A DNA stretch of 64,000 nt from an uncultured Candidatus Saccharibacteria bacterium (GTDB lineage: Bacteria; Patescibacteriota; Minisyncoccia; Phycocordibacterales; Phycocordibacteraceae): positions 296,939 through 360,938 of the forward strand of contig CAZSKX010000001.1 in assembly GCA_964607655.1 (NCBI GenBank), given 5' to 3'. This document shows, one piece after another, positions 1 to 9,676 of this stretch. The notes under the pieces are model-generated. The model did not search any database and was not told the DNA's origin. It saw only the letters and a program-made list of their open reading frames with translations. Position 1 is the first letter of the stretch, and the number at the start of each line of letters is the position of its first letter. The position numbers and the translations under genes are program-made.

Positions 1-327
1 AGGCAAGTACGTGCCAAGAGCGACTGCCGGTGTGGAAGTACCCGTACGTGCGCTAAAGATGGCGACTGTGCGTGCTGCGTCGGCAGCGATGGCCGAGGTC
101 ACCAGATCCTGATTTGAAGGTGCTGGTGAGGGCGCGATGACCGCAGGCGCCGCTTCACTCACCTTCTCGACCGTTCGCTCGACCACTCGATCGATGGTCT
201 GCGTGACGACCGGCGGAGCCTGATCAAGCAGCGAGACCGTGAGAATACCCGTCGCGATCGACACGACGAAGTTCACCAATATAGTAAGTAAAATCAACTG
301 CGATTTTGACAGGTCTTCAATATCCAT
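1..327 (-). CDS. Partial hypothetical membrane-anchored protein; N-terminal TM helix then Ala/Pro-rich region, runs off the left edge
   Basis: ATG at rc 325-327 (MDIEDLSKSQLILLTILVNFVVSIATGIL...), open frame to position 1, directly downstream of mrdA; absent from the ORF track because no stop lies in the window. Confidence 0.4.
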   Translation of the reverse strand, partial: MDIEDLSKSQLILLTILVNFVVSIATGILTVSLLDQAPPVVTQTIDRVVERTVEKVSEAAPAVIAPSPAPSNQDLVTSAIAADAARTVAIFSARTGTSTPAVALGTYLP

Positions 328-376
328 CAGTTCTATAATGCTGCTAGTCACCCCTCCCGTCAACCTTCCCAGAGGA

Positions 377-2101
377 CTACAGCGCTGGTGAACTTGTCGC
401 TGTTCGCTTGGCAGCCGCACCACTTCCGCCAATGTAGGGAGAGTCGTCCTCCTTCAGGAGATCTAAGAACCTGCGCATCGCGTGAGCAGCCTTTTCCGGC
501 ACACCAGCAGGGCCGCGCTCAAGCACAATCACAAACGCGTACTTCGGCTTTTCATAGGGAAAGAAGCCGAGTATCCACGAATTGTCGTACTGGTTACGCG
601 TGCCGGCCTGAGCGGTACCTGTCTTGGCAGCGACCGTCACATACGGAACATGCAACATTTGCGCAATGGCTTCTGTAACCGAGAGGCGCATGCCGGCACG
701 CGCCACCTCGAGCGAGGCGGGAGTCACCGGCACTGTCGCAACCGGGGTCGGCCTCACATTCGGATCTTGCTTTAAGAGAGTTGGACGATAGAGCTTACCG
801 CCATTAGCAACCGCCGCTACTGCTCGCACCGACTGGATCGGCGTAACCTGCATCGAGTACTGGCCGATGGAGGTAAAGTACGTATCCCCGAGGTACCAGG
901 GCTCCTTAAGGACACGCTCCTTCCATTCGGGCGTCGGGAGAAGTCCTGCTGCCTCGAGTGGCAGATCGATCCCCGTAGGGGTCCCGAAACCGAATTGCTG
1001 ATACCAATAGTTCAATCGATCAATACCCATGCCTTTCTGCGAACCAAAACCTCCACTGATGGTATAGAAGAAAATATCTGATGACCACGCGATGGCCCCG
1101 TCCACCTTGAGCGGCCCGAGCACCTTCCAGCCAGTAAAGGAGTAGCTCTTCCCGGGATTATACGGGTCAGGAACAACGATCTTTCCCTGATCGTTAATCA
1201 CGGTATCAGGAGTAATGAGACCGTCCGTTAGCGCGCCCGCTGAGACGAACGGCTTTACGATCGAGCCCGGTGAATAGACTCCTTGAACCGCATGATCGAG
1301 AAACGGGTGTCCGTCGCTCTTGTTGTACCCTTCGATGACCTCTGCGGGAAATCCGGCGCTCATAACATTTGGGTCATACGAAGGATGCGACGCGATCGCA
1401 AGGACCTCTCCCGTATCGATATCCATGATCACACCCGCCCCGGCGATGTAGCGCGCCCGATCTGCCGTCTCCTGAATCGCCGTAATGAAATGCTTCTGGA
1501 GGTCTGCATCGATCGAGAGGACGAGCGGTGCTCCCTCCTTAGCCGGAATAATCTCACCGGTCGAGCGAACATTACCTAACGCATCCTTCTCGACTAGGAG
1601 TTTACCGTTCTTCCCTTGCAGTAAGTCATCATACTTTGCCTCGAGACCCGCGAGCCCCTTCTGGCTCGTGTCGTAATAATTGCCACTCGAGTCTTTCTTA
1701 GGCTTAGAAACATACCCGATGATCTGACCCATGCCTGGCAACGTGTAATGACGCGTAAGGACACCGTCTTCAAGCTCTCTGTTCTGTGCGAGGATGACGC
1801 CATTACGATCGGTGATAACACCGCGCGGAGCGAAGAGGTCGGTCGACTCAAGGCTGTTGTGTGCGCTCTGCTGAGCATACGCCGAGCCTTTGACGACCTG
1901 CAGATACGCCGAGCGCACGGTGAGCGTGAGGAAAATAATGGTGAGAAGTACGCCGATGGACCAGTACGTCTTATACGAAAGCGGTTGCTCAAGCTTGCCC
2001 TCAAAGCGAGTTTTATCAAGATCAGAGGTGTTTGACGCATCGAGAAAGATTTCCTCTGGTGCGATCTCTTGAAGAGCGGTACGTCTACGCCTGAACATCA
2101 C
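377..2101 (-). CDS. mrdA: Penicillin-binding protein 2 (peptidoglycan D,D-transpeptidase)
   Basis: 574 aa; N-terminal TM anchor; SxxK-like SPGSIVKP and KTGTA motifs; last gene of an mreBCD operon, start overlaps mreD by 4 nt. Confidence 0.85.
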   Translation of the reverse strand: MMFRRRRTALQEIAPEEIFLDASNTSDLDKTRFEGKLEQPLSYKTYWSIGVLLTIIFLTLTVRSAYLQVVKGSAYAQQSAHNSLESTDLFAPRGVITDRNGVILAQNRELEDGVLTRHYTLPGMGQIIGYVSKPKKDSSGNYYDTSQKGLAGLEAKYDDLLQGKNGKLLVEKDALGNVRSTGEIIPAKEGAPLVLSIDADLQKHFITAIQETADRARYIAGAGVIMDIDTGEVLAIASHPSYDPNVMSAGFPAEVIEGYNKSDGHPFLDHAVQGVYSPGSIVKPFVSAGALTDGLITPDTVINDQGKIVVPDPYNPGKSYSFTGWKVLGPLKVDGAIAWSSDIFFYTISGGFGSQKGMGIDRLNYWYQQFGFGTPTGIDLPLEAAGLLPTPEWKERVLKEPWYLGDTYFTSIGQYSMQVTPIQSVRAVAAVANGGKLYRPTLLKQDPNVRPTPVATVPVTPASLEVARAGMRLSVTEAIAQMLHVPYVTVAAKTGTAQAGTRNQYDNSWILGFFPYEKPKYAFVIVLERGPAGVPEKAAHAMRRFLDLLKEDDSPYIGGSGAAAKRTATSSPAL

Positions 2102-2349
2102 CTCATCATACCCGGTCGTAATCGTGTGCGCACGAAGTATGCGATCCCGCTCACTACCGCTCCCAAAAGGGTGTAGAGCGGGACCGGATAACTCTGTGAC
2201 GAGTAGTACAAAGTATCCGCGAGAATCCCGATACCGAGCGGAACCAGGGGCTCAACGACCGCTGCTGCGAGAGCTAATGCGACGGTTAAAGGCCACGGAA
2301 ACAGTACGAGCGAAGTGAGCGCGGAGATGCTGATATACGGCCGGATCAT
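2098..2349 (-). CDS. mreD: Rod shape-determining protein MreD-like small polytopic membrane protein
   Basis: 83 aa hydrophobic protein between mreC and mrdA with 4-nt overlaps (ATGA) at both ends. Confidence 0.6.
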   Translation of the reverse strand: MIRPYISISALTSLVLFPWPLTVALALAAAVVEPLVPLGIGILADTLYYSSQSYPVPLYTLLGAVVSGIAYFVRTRLRPGMMR

Positions 2350-3159
2350 GGCTCTGTAGAGGTCGCGGCGGTCTGTTGCGGCAGGCTTATACCCGTATCG
2401 CGAAGCGTAACCCAGGTAACGTTAAAGAGATTTACCGCAGCAACAATACGCAGCACGACCGATGCGGACGAAGGATTGGTCTCAATGTCAGCAACGCGTC
2501 CAAGCGAGAGCGCGCCTGGCCCAGGCACATAGACAATATCGCCCACGACAATATTCGCGGTACTCGCGACAGAAGCGCGAAGCGCACCTCCCCCCAAGCC
2601 GTTGATACTTATGGCCGTCGAGTTCGGCCCAACCCAACCGGGCGTCACGGTCTGTGGCGCCGAGAAGAGGATGATCCGCGCGAAGCGGTCCCACACTCTG
2701 TCGACCACCCCCAGTGGCACGCCTCCCGCGGCAAACGCCTCCATCCCGACCGTCACTCCTTCGCGCGTACCAGCCGCAACGACGAGCGTGTCGTAAGCAC
2801 TCTGTGGCGGACGAGCAACAACACCGGCGATAATGCCGGGCCGGTCTTCGAGAGCACCATATGCTGTTAGGCGAGCCTTGAGCTCCGCGTTCTCATTCTG
2901 TAACGCCGCATTGTCCTGTGTGAGCGTATCGACTCGAAGCGTCAGCGATGCTGCATCATCAAAACTTCCAAAAAAGGCGCGGCTCACTCCCGCTACGGCA
3001 TTTGAAGCCGTAAAGAGTGGTGAAGTAATGGTCCAGAAGAAGTTGGGAAGTATAAACCGAGTAATGAGCGCAAGAAGCGCAACAGTCACAATCATGCCGC
3101 CCCAGGAGAGGGCAAGCAATGACTCAACAAGACTACGCCTCGGTAAAAATGTCTTCCTC
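2346..3159 (-). CDS. mreC: Rod shape-determining protein MreC
   Basis: N-terminal TM, coiled-coil (LTQDNAALQNENAELKARL), C-terminal beta domain; ORF-track start 3314 overlaps mreB by 180 nt, so the start is probably the ATG at 3159 (MRKTFLPRR) or a later one. Confidence 0.7.
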
Positions 3160-4185
3160 ATCGATAAAGAAATCGGCGTATGGAGCAGGATTCTCCGTAA
3201 TGACTCCCGCGCCACGCACGACGGTCGTGAGCGGATCGGCGTCGACATGTGTCGGGACCCCCAGCATCTTCGCGAGGACCTCTGGTAGACCGCGCAGAAG
3301 CGCACCCCCGCCAAAGATCGTCACGCCTCTCTCAAGCACATCAGAGAGTAGCTCAGGCGGTGTTGACTCGATCACCTCCTTCATCGTATCCATGAGCGAG
3401 TCGAGCGAGGGCGCGAGCGCTTCGCGGATATTTGCATCGGTGAGGGTAATCTCGCGCGGCAGCCCGGTAGCGAAGTCGCGGCCGCGCACGCTCGCCGTGA
3501 GCGTCTCAGACTGCGGCGTCACCGCGCCGATCGTGATCTTAATCTCTTCAGCAGTACGTTCACCGATGCCGAGTTTAAACTCGTTACGCACATAGTCGAT
3601 AATGTTGTCATTAAAACGATCCCCTGCGACCTGTGAGCTCTTGGCCGCCACAGCCCCACCAAGCGCAATCACGGCGATGTCAGTGGTCCCTCCGCCGATA
3701 TCGAGAACCATCGTGCCAACCGCCTCTTGTACCGGGAGCTTTGCACCGATTGCTCCAGCGACCGGCTCGTCGACAATAATCGCTTCGCGCGCGCCAGCGT
3801 TACGCGCCGCATCACGCACCGCGCGGCTCTGAACGTTTGTCACGCCCGTAGGGACCCCGACTACAACCCGCGGACCGAAGAGACGTGCGCGCCCACCCTG
3901 GGCCTTGTTTATAAAATACGTGAGCAATTCCTCTGTTACCTCAAAGTCTGAGATGACGCCGTGAGCGAGCGGACGCACCGTGCGAATATGTGGGGGAGTC
4001 TTCCCGAGCATCTGCTTAGCAGCCTTGCCAACAGCGACCACCTGACCAGTCTTATCATTCACCGCGACCACCGAGGGCTCGTTGATGATGATCCCGCGCC
4101 CACGCACGTACACGAGCGTGTGCGAAGTCCCCAGATCGATCGCCACGTCACTGCTGAAGAGTGAGTTTCTTGAGAACTTTTTCAT
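3133..4185 (-). CDS. mreB: Rod shape-determining actin homolog MreB
   Basis: IDLGTSHTLVYV phosphate-1 motif, NEPSVVAV, DIGGGTTD; ORF-track N-terminal extension rejected; ATG at 4185 (MKKFSRNSLF) sits 2 nt after the proS stop. Confidence 0.85.
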   Translation of the reverse strand: MKKFSRNSLFSSDVAIDLGTSHTLVYVRGRGIIINEPSVVAVNDKTGQVVAVGKAAKQMLGKTPPHIRTVRPLAHGVISDFEVTEELLTYFINKAQGGRARLFGPRVVVGVPTGVTNVQSRAVRDAARNAGAREAIIVDEPVAGAIGAKLPVQEAVGTMVLDIGGGTTDIAVIALGGAVAAKSSQVAGDRFNDNIIDYVRNEFKLGIGERTAEEIKITIGAVTPQSETLTASVRGRDFATGLPREITLTDANIREALAPSLDSLMDTMKEVIESTPPELLSDVLERGVTIFGGGALLRGLPEVLAKMLGVPTHVDADPLTTVVRGAGVITENPAPYADFFIDEEDIFTEA

Positions 4186-4189
4186 ACTC

Positions 4190-5428
4190 TTAATGCGTGA
4201 GCTCGGCGCGCGTCTGCTTAACGACACCGCCCGTGGCACGATCGACCACCTCAAAGGTGTCGGTCGCGACCGCGTCACGCCCGACGATAATGCGCTTCGT
4301 GATGCCCAAAAGGTCACTGTCGGCGAACTTCTGTCCGGCTGAGGCCTCGCGATCATCGTAGAGCACTTCGATCCCCTGCTTCACCATGTCTTCGTAGAGC
4401 TCGTCTGCCGTCTTCACGATATCCTCGTCCTTACCGAGCGAGAGCAGGTGATACTTAAATGGGGAGACACTCTCGGGCCAGACGAGACCCTTCTCGTCAG
4501 CCAGCGTCTCGACGATGATACCCATAAGTCTCGTTGGGCCGATACCATAGCTACCCATCACCACGGGCTTTTTTGCGCCCGTGTCGTCGGTATACACAAG
4601 ACCGAGCTGATCTGAAAAGCGCGTGCCAAGATTGAATATGTTACCCGCTTCAATCGCCTTCTTCTCAACCAGAGCATTTTTATCGAGTCCAAGCTTGGCG
4701 AGCGTCTCGTCGTTGTACACCTCCTTATTCACCGCGGTCTTCTTATCCTCATCGACGTAGATCGTATCCTCGCCCGCGTCTGATACCGTCTGGAACTCCT
4801 CAGAAAACTCGCTGAAAATACCACCCGAGGCGAACGTCACATACGTCTTATCGCCAATTCCCATTCGATCGAAGACTCGCTTATAGCTCTCGCGAACCTT
4901 GTCATAGAGCGCCTTGTGCTCGGCGTCATCCTTTGAAAAGGAGTACAGATCCTTCATGAGAAATTCCTTGCCGCGCATGATCCCGCTCTTGGCGCGCAGC
5001 TCATTACGAAACTTCGTCTGGAACTGATACGCGAGCACGGGCAGATCGCGATACGAAGAAATCTGCTCGGTCATGATCCGCGTAAGCGGCTCTTCGTGCG
5101 TGATCGCGAGCCCAGTCTCTCCGCCGCTCTTAAAGCTGGTCTTAAACCAGTTATCGACCTTCTCGTCGTCCCATCGGTCAGTGCGGCTCCAGAGCTCTTT
5201 ATCTTGCAGTGCAGTCATAAAGAGCTCTTGCCCACCAACTGCGTCCATCTCATCGCGAATGATCCCGACGATATTGTTCAGGGTGCGCAGACCAAGCGGC
5301 AGATACGAGTACACCCCGGCCATTTCTTTATGAATATAACCCGCGCGGACAAGAAGCTGCGCGTTTTTCGCCACTTCATCAGAGGGCGCTTCTCGGCGCG
5401 TTTTGGTGAAAAGTTTTGATTGTCGCAT
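4190..5428 (-). CDS. proS: Prolyl-tRNA synthetase, short bacterial form without editing insertion
   Basis: Class II aaRS motifs; typical ProRS N-terminus MRQSKLFTKTRREAPSDEVAKNAQLLVRAGYI begins at the ATG at 5428; the 174-aa upstream extension in the ORF track looks like read-through of non-coding sequence. Confidence 0.8.
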   Translation of the reverse strand: MRQSKLFTKTRREAPSDEVAKNAQLLVRAGYIHKEMAGVYSYLPLGLRTLNNIVGIIRDEMDAVGGQELFMTALQDKELWSRTDRWDDEKVDNWFKTSFKSGGETGLAITHEEPLTRIMTEQISSYRDLPVLAYQFQTKFRNELRAKSGIMRGKEFLMKDLYSFSKDDAEHKALYDKVRESYKRVFDRMGIGDKTYVTFASGGIFSEFSEEFQTVSDAGEDTIYVDEDKKTAVNKEVYNDETLAKLGLDKNALVEKKAIEAGNIFNLGTRFSDQLGLVYTDDTGAKKPVVMGSYGIGPTRLMGIIVETLADEKGLVWPESVSPFKYHLLSLGKDEDIVKTADELYEDMVKQGIEVLYDDREASAGQKFADSDLLGITKRIIVGRDAVATDTFEVVDRATGGVVKQTRAELTH

Positions 5429-5533
5429 GGTCTCGACAGTATACGCCCCGTTGGCCTGGGCGGCAAAATACGGTATAGTCCTAGCTTCGAAAGCGTCTTG
5501 TTTTCGATCAATCACTGAGAAGGAGTTCTTTAC

Positions 5534-6115
5534 ATGCCCAACGTTGGTCTGATTCTTCCGAATCATCGTCCGAACATCTTCACCCGTCGCAAGGACCCGT
5601 TCTTCTACCTGGCCGGTCCGGTCCTCGGCGGTGGAGACTGGCACTACGACATGATCGACCTGCTCTCTGACAAGGTCGGTCGCTGTATCATCGCCAATCC
5701 GTCGTACTACAACGCCACACACCCGCTCCATCCGCTGCGCCTGAAGGAGACCGCCGAATCCCAGACCTTCGAACGACAGAAGCTCTGGGAGCGGCACTAC
5801 ATGCTCCACGCGGCCAAGGCCGCGCGCCGTGGCACGCTCATCTTCTGGCTCCCTGCCGAGGACAAGCACAAGCCGCGACGCGACGGCAATCCGTACGCCA
5901 TGGACACCCGTGGCGAGATCGGTGAGTGGCGCGGCCGGCTGATGCACGACCGCGATCTCCGCGTGATCGTTGGTGCGGAAGAACGGTTCCCGGGGCTGTC
6001 GCAGATCGTCTGCGACTTCAAGGACGCGCTCGGGAGCGAGTTCGAGATCCTCACGAGCTTGGAGGCGGTGGCGAACGCCGCTGCCGAGCTCGTGCGCAGC
6101 AACAAAAAGGACTGA
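5534..6115 (+). CDS. Nucleoside 2-deoxyribosyltransferase-like (DUF4406/RCL-like) protein
   Basis: N-terminal FFYLAGPVLGGGDW resembles the (Y/F)xAGP..GG nucleotide-binding start of NDT/RCL/DUF4406 proteins; strong RBS GAGAAGGAG; diverges from proS. Confidence 0.4.
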   Translation: MPNVGLILPNHRPNIFTRRKDPFFYLAGPVLGGGDWHYDMIDLLSDKVGRCIIANPSYYNATHPLHPLRLKETAESQTFERQKLWERHYMLHAAKAARRGTLIFWLPAEDKHKPRRDGNPYAMDTRGEIGEWRGRLMHDRDLRVIVGAEERFPGLSQIVCDFKDALGSEFEILTSLEAVANAAAELVRSNKKD

Positions 6116-6132
6116 CCTGGGCTCCTAGGCCG

Positions 6133-6172
6133 CCAACCACAAAAGCCGTGGGGAGGCGGCTTTTGTGTTTTT
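6133..6172. terminator. Bidirectional intrinsic terminator between the 5534 gene (+) and rseP (-)
   Basis: aaaagccg-tggggagg-cggctttt hairpin with A/T runs on both sides. Confidence 0.6.
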
Positions 6173-7286
6173 AGCCGACTATTTTAAAGATGTCGTGCGC
6201 CGTGACGACCAGCATGAGTAGTATCAAAAAGACGAACCCAAGGCTGTTGAGGGTCTGGGCCACCCGTGGATTAATCGGTCGTCGAATCACGCTCTCGATA
6301 ATGACGAAAAGCAATCGCCCGCCATCGAGCGCTGGCACCGGGATGAGGTTGATAAGCGCGAGGTTGATTGAAATGATTGCTACGAGTGCGAGCAAGGTGC
6401 CAAGGCCGTCTGCCGACGCTGAGCCTACTGCGCCGGCAATCCCCACAGGACCCGAGACCTGGCCGAGATTGGCAGTGAGGGTAAAGACGCTCGAGAAAAA
6501 CTGATAGAGGCCGATCGCCGTGAGACGTACGACTTCATAGGTGATGTGGGCGCCTTCGGTAATCGCTTGAGAAAAAGCAACAGGCACCACGCCGATCGTG
6601 GCGACCTCGACACCGAGCGCGTACCGACTCAGATCGGTCTCGACGATACCCTGTGCCGGCTGCGCCGTCAGAGAGAGATCAGCCTCGCCGCGCTTAACTG
6701 TGAGCTTAAGCGTTTCTCCACCCCTCGTACTGATAAATCCCGTAAAGCTCTCTGGGGTAGCCGATTCAGTAGACGGTCCTGTTGTCGGGTTCCACGCGGC
6801 GTGGCTCGAGACAGCACTTACGATCACGTCGCCAGGCATGAGCCCTGCGCTCGCGGCCGGCGAACCAGGAAGCACACCCCCCACGAGGAGCTGGACATCT
6901 TTAGCGACCGCGATCTCTTCAGGGTCGAGCGCGCGCGGTGTCCCGACGATAAGACCTGCTGTGATCAGTAGGTACGCCAGAAGAAGATTCATCGTCACGC
7001 CAGCTAGGAGCACTACCGCCTGAAGAAAACGATTTTTAGAAGCAAAGGATCGCGGCGTGGTGCGCGCCGGGTCATCCTCGCCGTAGATCTTTACGAATCC
7101 GCCAAAGGGTACCCAATTAAGCGAGTAGGTCGTCTCGCCTACTGTCCCGAGGGTCGCGGCCCGTGGCGGATACCCGATCCCAAACTCGTCTACACGCATT
7201 CCCGAGAGCTTTGCCGCAATAAAGTGGCCGAACTCGTGGACGACCACGAGCACTACGATGACAAGAATGAGGATCAGCGCGGCCAT
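6171..7286 (-). CDS. rseP: RseP-type site-2 zinc metalloprotease (M50) with PDZ domain
   Basis: HEFGHFIAAK zinc motif in first TM, central PDZ-like region, LDGG motif near C-terminus. Confidence 0.85.
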   Translation of the reverse strand: MAALILILVIVVLVVVHEFGHFIAAKLSGMRVDEFGIGYPPRAATLGTVGETTYSLNWVPFGGFVKIYGEDDPARTTPRSFASKNRFLQAVVLLAGVTMNLLLAYLLITAGLIVGTPRALDPEEIAVAKDVQLLVGGVLPGSPAASAGLMPGDVIVSAVSSHAAWNPTTGPSTESATPESFTGFISTRGGETLKLTVKRGEADLSLTAQPAQGIVETDLSRYALGVEVATIGVVPVAFSQAITEGAHITYEVVRLTAIGLYQFFSSVFTLTANLGQVSGPVGIAGAVGSASADGLGTLLALVAIISINLALINLIPVPALDGGRLLFVIIESVIRRPINPRVAQTLNSLGFVFLILLMLVVTAHDIFKIVG

Positions 7287-7292
7287 CTCCTT

Positions 7293-7844
7293 TTACTGTG
7301 CGATCTCCACTTCCTTCTTAGACAGAAGTTCTGCGAGCTTCTCGTTACCAGCGTCGATAAGCTTTTGCACTTCGTCTTTCAACCGCTTGTGCTCGTCATC
7401 GCCCATGCCGCCTTCCTTCTTGGCTTCATCGAGCGCCTTGAGCGCGTCGGTACGATGGCCACGCAGCGTCACGCGAGCTTGCTCAGTCTTATCGCCCGCA
7501 ATCTTAGAGAGCTGCACTCGTCGCTCACTCGTAAGCTCAGGGAAGGTCACGCGGAGCCCTTGGGCGTCGACTGAGACGCCGACGCCGAGGTCGGCCTCAG
7601 TAATAGCCTTCTCAATCTCTTTAGCGAGTGAAGCGTCCCAGGGGATCACGCGGAGCGTACGCGCATCTTCTACCGAGACGTTCGCGATCTGGGCTACGGG
7701 CGTACGGCTGCCGTATACCTCGGGTTTAATCGTATCGAGCAAGGCCGGTGTCGCGCGCCCTGTGCGTACTCCCGCGAGTTCGCGGCCAAGCCATTCTTCA
7801 GTCTCTTTAATGCTGTTCTTAAGTGGTGTGAAATCGTATGCCAT
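7293..7844 (-). CDS. frr: Ribosome recycling factor
   Basis: 183 aa, full-length similarity to RRF (VRTGRATPALLD..., ...ERR.QL.K.A....EQARV..R..R). Confidence 0.9.
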   Translation of the reverse strand: MAYDFTPLKNSIKETEEWLGRELAGVRTGRATPALLDTIKPEVYGSRTPVAQIANVSVEDARTLRVIPWDASLAKEIEKAITEADLGVGVSVDAQGLRVTFPELTSERRVQLSKIAGDKTEQARVTLRGHRTDALKALDEAKKEGGMGDDEHKRLKDEVQKLIDAGNEKLAELLSKKEVEIAQ

Positions 7845-7851
7845 ATACGCA

Positions 7852-8523
7852 CTATACCAAATTCTTTGGCGTCACTATCGCGAGATGTTCGAGGATCATC
7901 TTCAGCGGTGCGCTGCGGTCGTGGAGGAACCCACGGAGCGTCATCACGTCGTTAAGAAGGACCTTGTGACGTACCACGTCTTCTGACGCCGCCTGCTCTA
8001 CGCCGGTAAGCAGTGCTATCGCCTCGTCTCGACGCTCGCGACGCTCGTCTTCGTCTCGACCTGTGGAGAGCTTCTTCACGATCGCACTTCGCTTCTCGGG
8101 CGACGCTTTAATAAATTCCTCAGCCATCGCCGAAATTCTGGATTTACGAAATCCAGAATTTTTAGCAGTCTTGAGCACCTGCACCCGCGAACGCAGAGTC
8201 GGCAAGAGTCCGCCGAGCGTTGGCAGTATTAAGAAAAGATGTGTCCCGACGGGAGGTTCTTCGAAGAGCTTAAGGAGTGCGTTCTGAGACTCGTGATACG
8301 CCCGTGTCGCCGCGATCACCAGCGCCTTAGCGTCTCCAGCTGCTGGCGCCTGACTCGCGAGCTCGAGCACCTTACGGGCGTCCTCTACCGAGAAGAGGCC
8401 GTAGCGCAACACAATCACGTCTGGATTACCCTGCGGCCGTAGGCCGAGCTCGCTCGTGATCCACTCGAGCGCTCGCTCGACTCCTTCTTCTACTCCAGCC
8501 TCGATTACAAACGCGTGATGCAT
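7852..8523 (-). CDS. holB: DNA polymerase III delta-prime (HolB)-like clamp-loader subunit, no Walker A
   Basis: HHAFVIEAG start, LLKLFEEPP sensor motif, TLRSRVQ arginine-finger region; short at 223 aa. Confidence 0.55.
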   Translation of the reverse strand: MHHAFVIEAGVEEGVERALEWITSELGLRPQGNPDVIVLRYGLFSVEDARKVLELASQAPAAGDAKALVIAATRAYHESQNALLKLFEEPPVGTHLFLILPTLGGLLPTLRSRVQVLKTAKNSGFRKSRISAMAEEFIKASPEKRSAIVKKLSTGRDEDERRERRDEAIALLTGVEQAASEDVVRHKVLLNDVMTLRGFLHDRSAPLKMILEHLAIVTPKNLV

Positions 8524-8640
8524 GCGGCCAGTATACCCCGTGTGTGTATGCGCTATCGCGTGACCAATCTCCTGATATGCTGTCTTTGGGCTCGTGTAAA
8601 CCCTCTGACCAACGTCTGCAACCGTCCGGGAGAGTGCATC

Positions 8641-8925
8641 ATGTGGCGAGGAGGTGTTCTTTTCATCCTACTGATCGTGTTGCTCACTGGGACAAGTAAC
8701 GCGAACGCAGAAGAAAAAGTCCCCGAGAACCGCACTTTACTGAATCTTGGCGGCTTCGCGCTCGGTCTCGAGTCGAACAAGCGCTTCGACGAGAGCGACA
8801 GGGCCGAGATCGGCCCACCGAAGCTCTCGCTCGGCTGGAAGAGTGAGACGGGTTGGAGCTTCGGCGCATACGGCGAGACGCGGCGAGGCCTCGGCATCAT
8901 GCTCAGCTTGAAGTACCGATTTTGA
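8641..8925 (+). CDS. Small secreted hypothetical protein
   Basis: Signal-peptide-like MWRGGVLFILLIVLLTGTSNANA; followed by terminator hairpin 8949-8976. Confidence 0.3.
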   Translation: MWRGGVLFILLIVLLTGTSNANAEEKVPENRTLLNLGGFALGLESNKRFDESDRAEIGPPKLSLGWKSETGWSFGAYGETRRGLGIMLSLKYRF

Positions 8926-8948
8926 CGTACCCTGCGTCCCCAACCGCC

Positions 8949-8976
8949 CCCGGCGCAGACTGCTGCGCCGGGGGCT
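8949..8976 (+). terminator. Intrinsic terminator hairpin
   Basis: cccccggcgcag-a-ctgcgccggggg perfect 12-bp inverted repeat. Confidence 0.5.
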
Positions 8977-9072
8977 TGACTTTTGGGCTGTGGAATGTTT
9001 AACTATTTTTTGAGAAATTCATCGGAATTTCAGTTCAACAACTTCTGCAACGCCATATAAGGAGGTGTCTGC

Positions 9073-9519
9073 ATGTTTTGGGATATCCTGATCGTCCTCG
9101 CTCTCTTCTGTGTGAGTATCATCTCCATCGCCGTCGGAAGCATGTTCCTCGACGAACGAGAAGAAAGTGGGCTGTTCGCGTTTTTCGCGCTGCTCTTCGG
9201 GCTATTTCTCGTGTGCCTGCTGTGCTACAGCGTGGCACCCAACCGCTTCGGCGTGGGGTACGTGGCTGAGAACTTCGAGAGCTACACGCGGCGTCTCACC
9301 GACGGCGGAGCTTACGAAGTGATCACCATGCGTCCCACGAGAGCAAGCGCGAAGTCCAAGGAAGACGTGCCCTACCAGTACTCGATGAAGGATCAGCCCG
9401 GGTACGTGCTGCTCCTCCGCGCCATCGGCACGGAAACCTACTACACGATCCGTGTGGCAGGCGAGCCGCCTCCCGAGCGATTTACCCTCGTCGAGGGCGA
9501 GCCTGTCGCGCTCAACTGA
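9073..9519 (+). CDS. Hypothetical membrane protein (2 TM plus C-terminal soluble domain)
   Basis: RBS AAGGAGGTG 7 nt upstream of the ATG; 148 aa. Confidence 0.55.
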   Translation: MFWDILIVLALFCVSIISIAVGSMFLDEREESGLFAFFALLFGLFLVCLLCYSVAPNRFGVGYVAENFESYTRRLTDGGAYEVITMRPTRASAKSKEDVPYQYSMKDQPGYVLLLRAIGTETYYTIRVAGEPPPERFTLVEGEPVALN

Positions 9520-9540
9520 CAACAAGCGCCTCCGGCCAAC

Positions 9541-9593
9541 CAAAGGGCCCTTCGCAGCAATGCGTGGGGCCCTTTCTCTTTTTCGTAAAAACT
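9541..9593. repeat. 53-bp terminator element, copy 1 of a direct repeat
   Basis: caaagggcccttcgcagcaatgcgtggggccctttctctttttcgtaaaaact; hairpin aaagggccc/gggcccttt plus T-run; 51/53 identical to 10167-10219. Confidence 0.7.
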
Positions 9594-9621
9594 TGACTTT
9601 TAAGCCTCTCCATGCTATGAT
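9593..9621 (+). promoter_or_regulatory. Sigma70-type promoter TTGACT-17-TATGAT
   Basis: -35 at 9593-9598, -10 at 9616-9621, about 55 nt upstream of the ATG at 9677, which has RBS GGAAAGGAG. Confidence 0.55.
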
Positions 9622-9676
9622 TTACTCATTATCCCGTCCGGGCGAAGTCTGGAGTGAGGGAAAGGAGTACCTTGTC

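Noticed and set aside
3133-5947. N-terminal extensions in the ORF track for mreB (to 4356), proS (to 5947), mreC (to 3314), folD, zwf, def, apt and others
   Set aside because: The extensions overlap upstream genes or run through promoter/RBS regions. Conserved family N-termini begin at internal ATGs that often have good RBSs.
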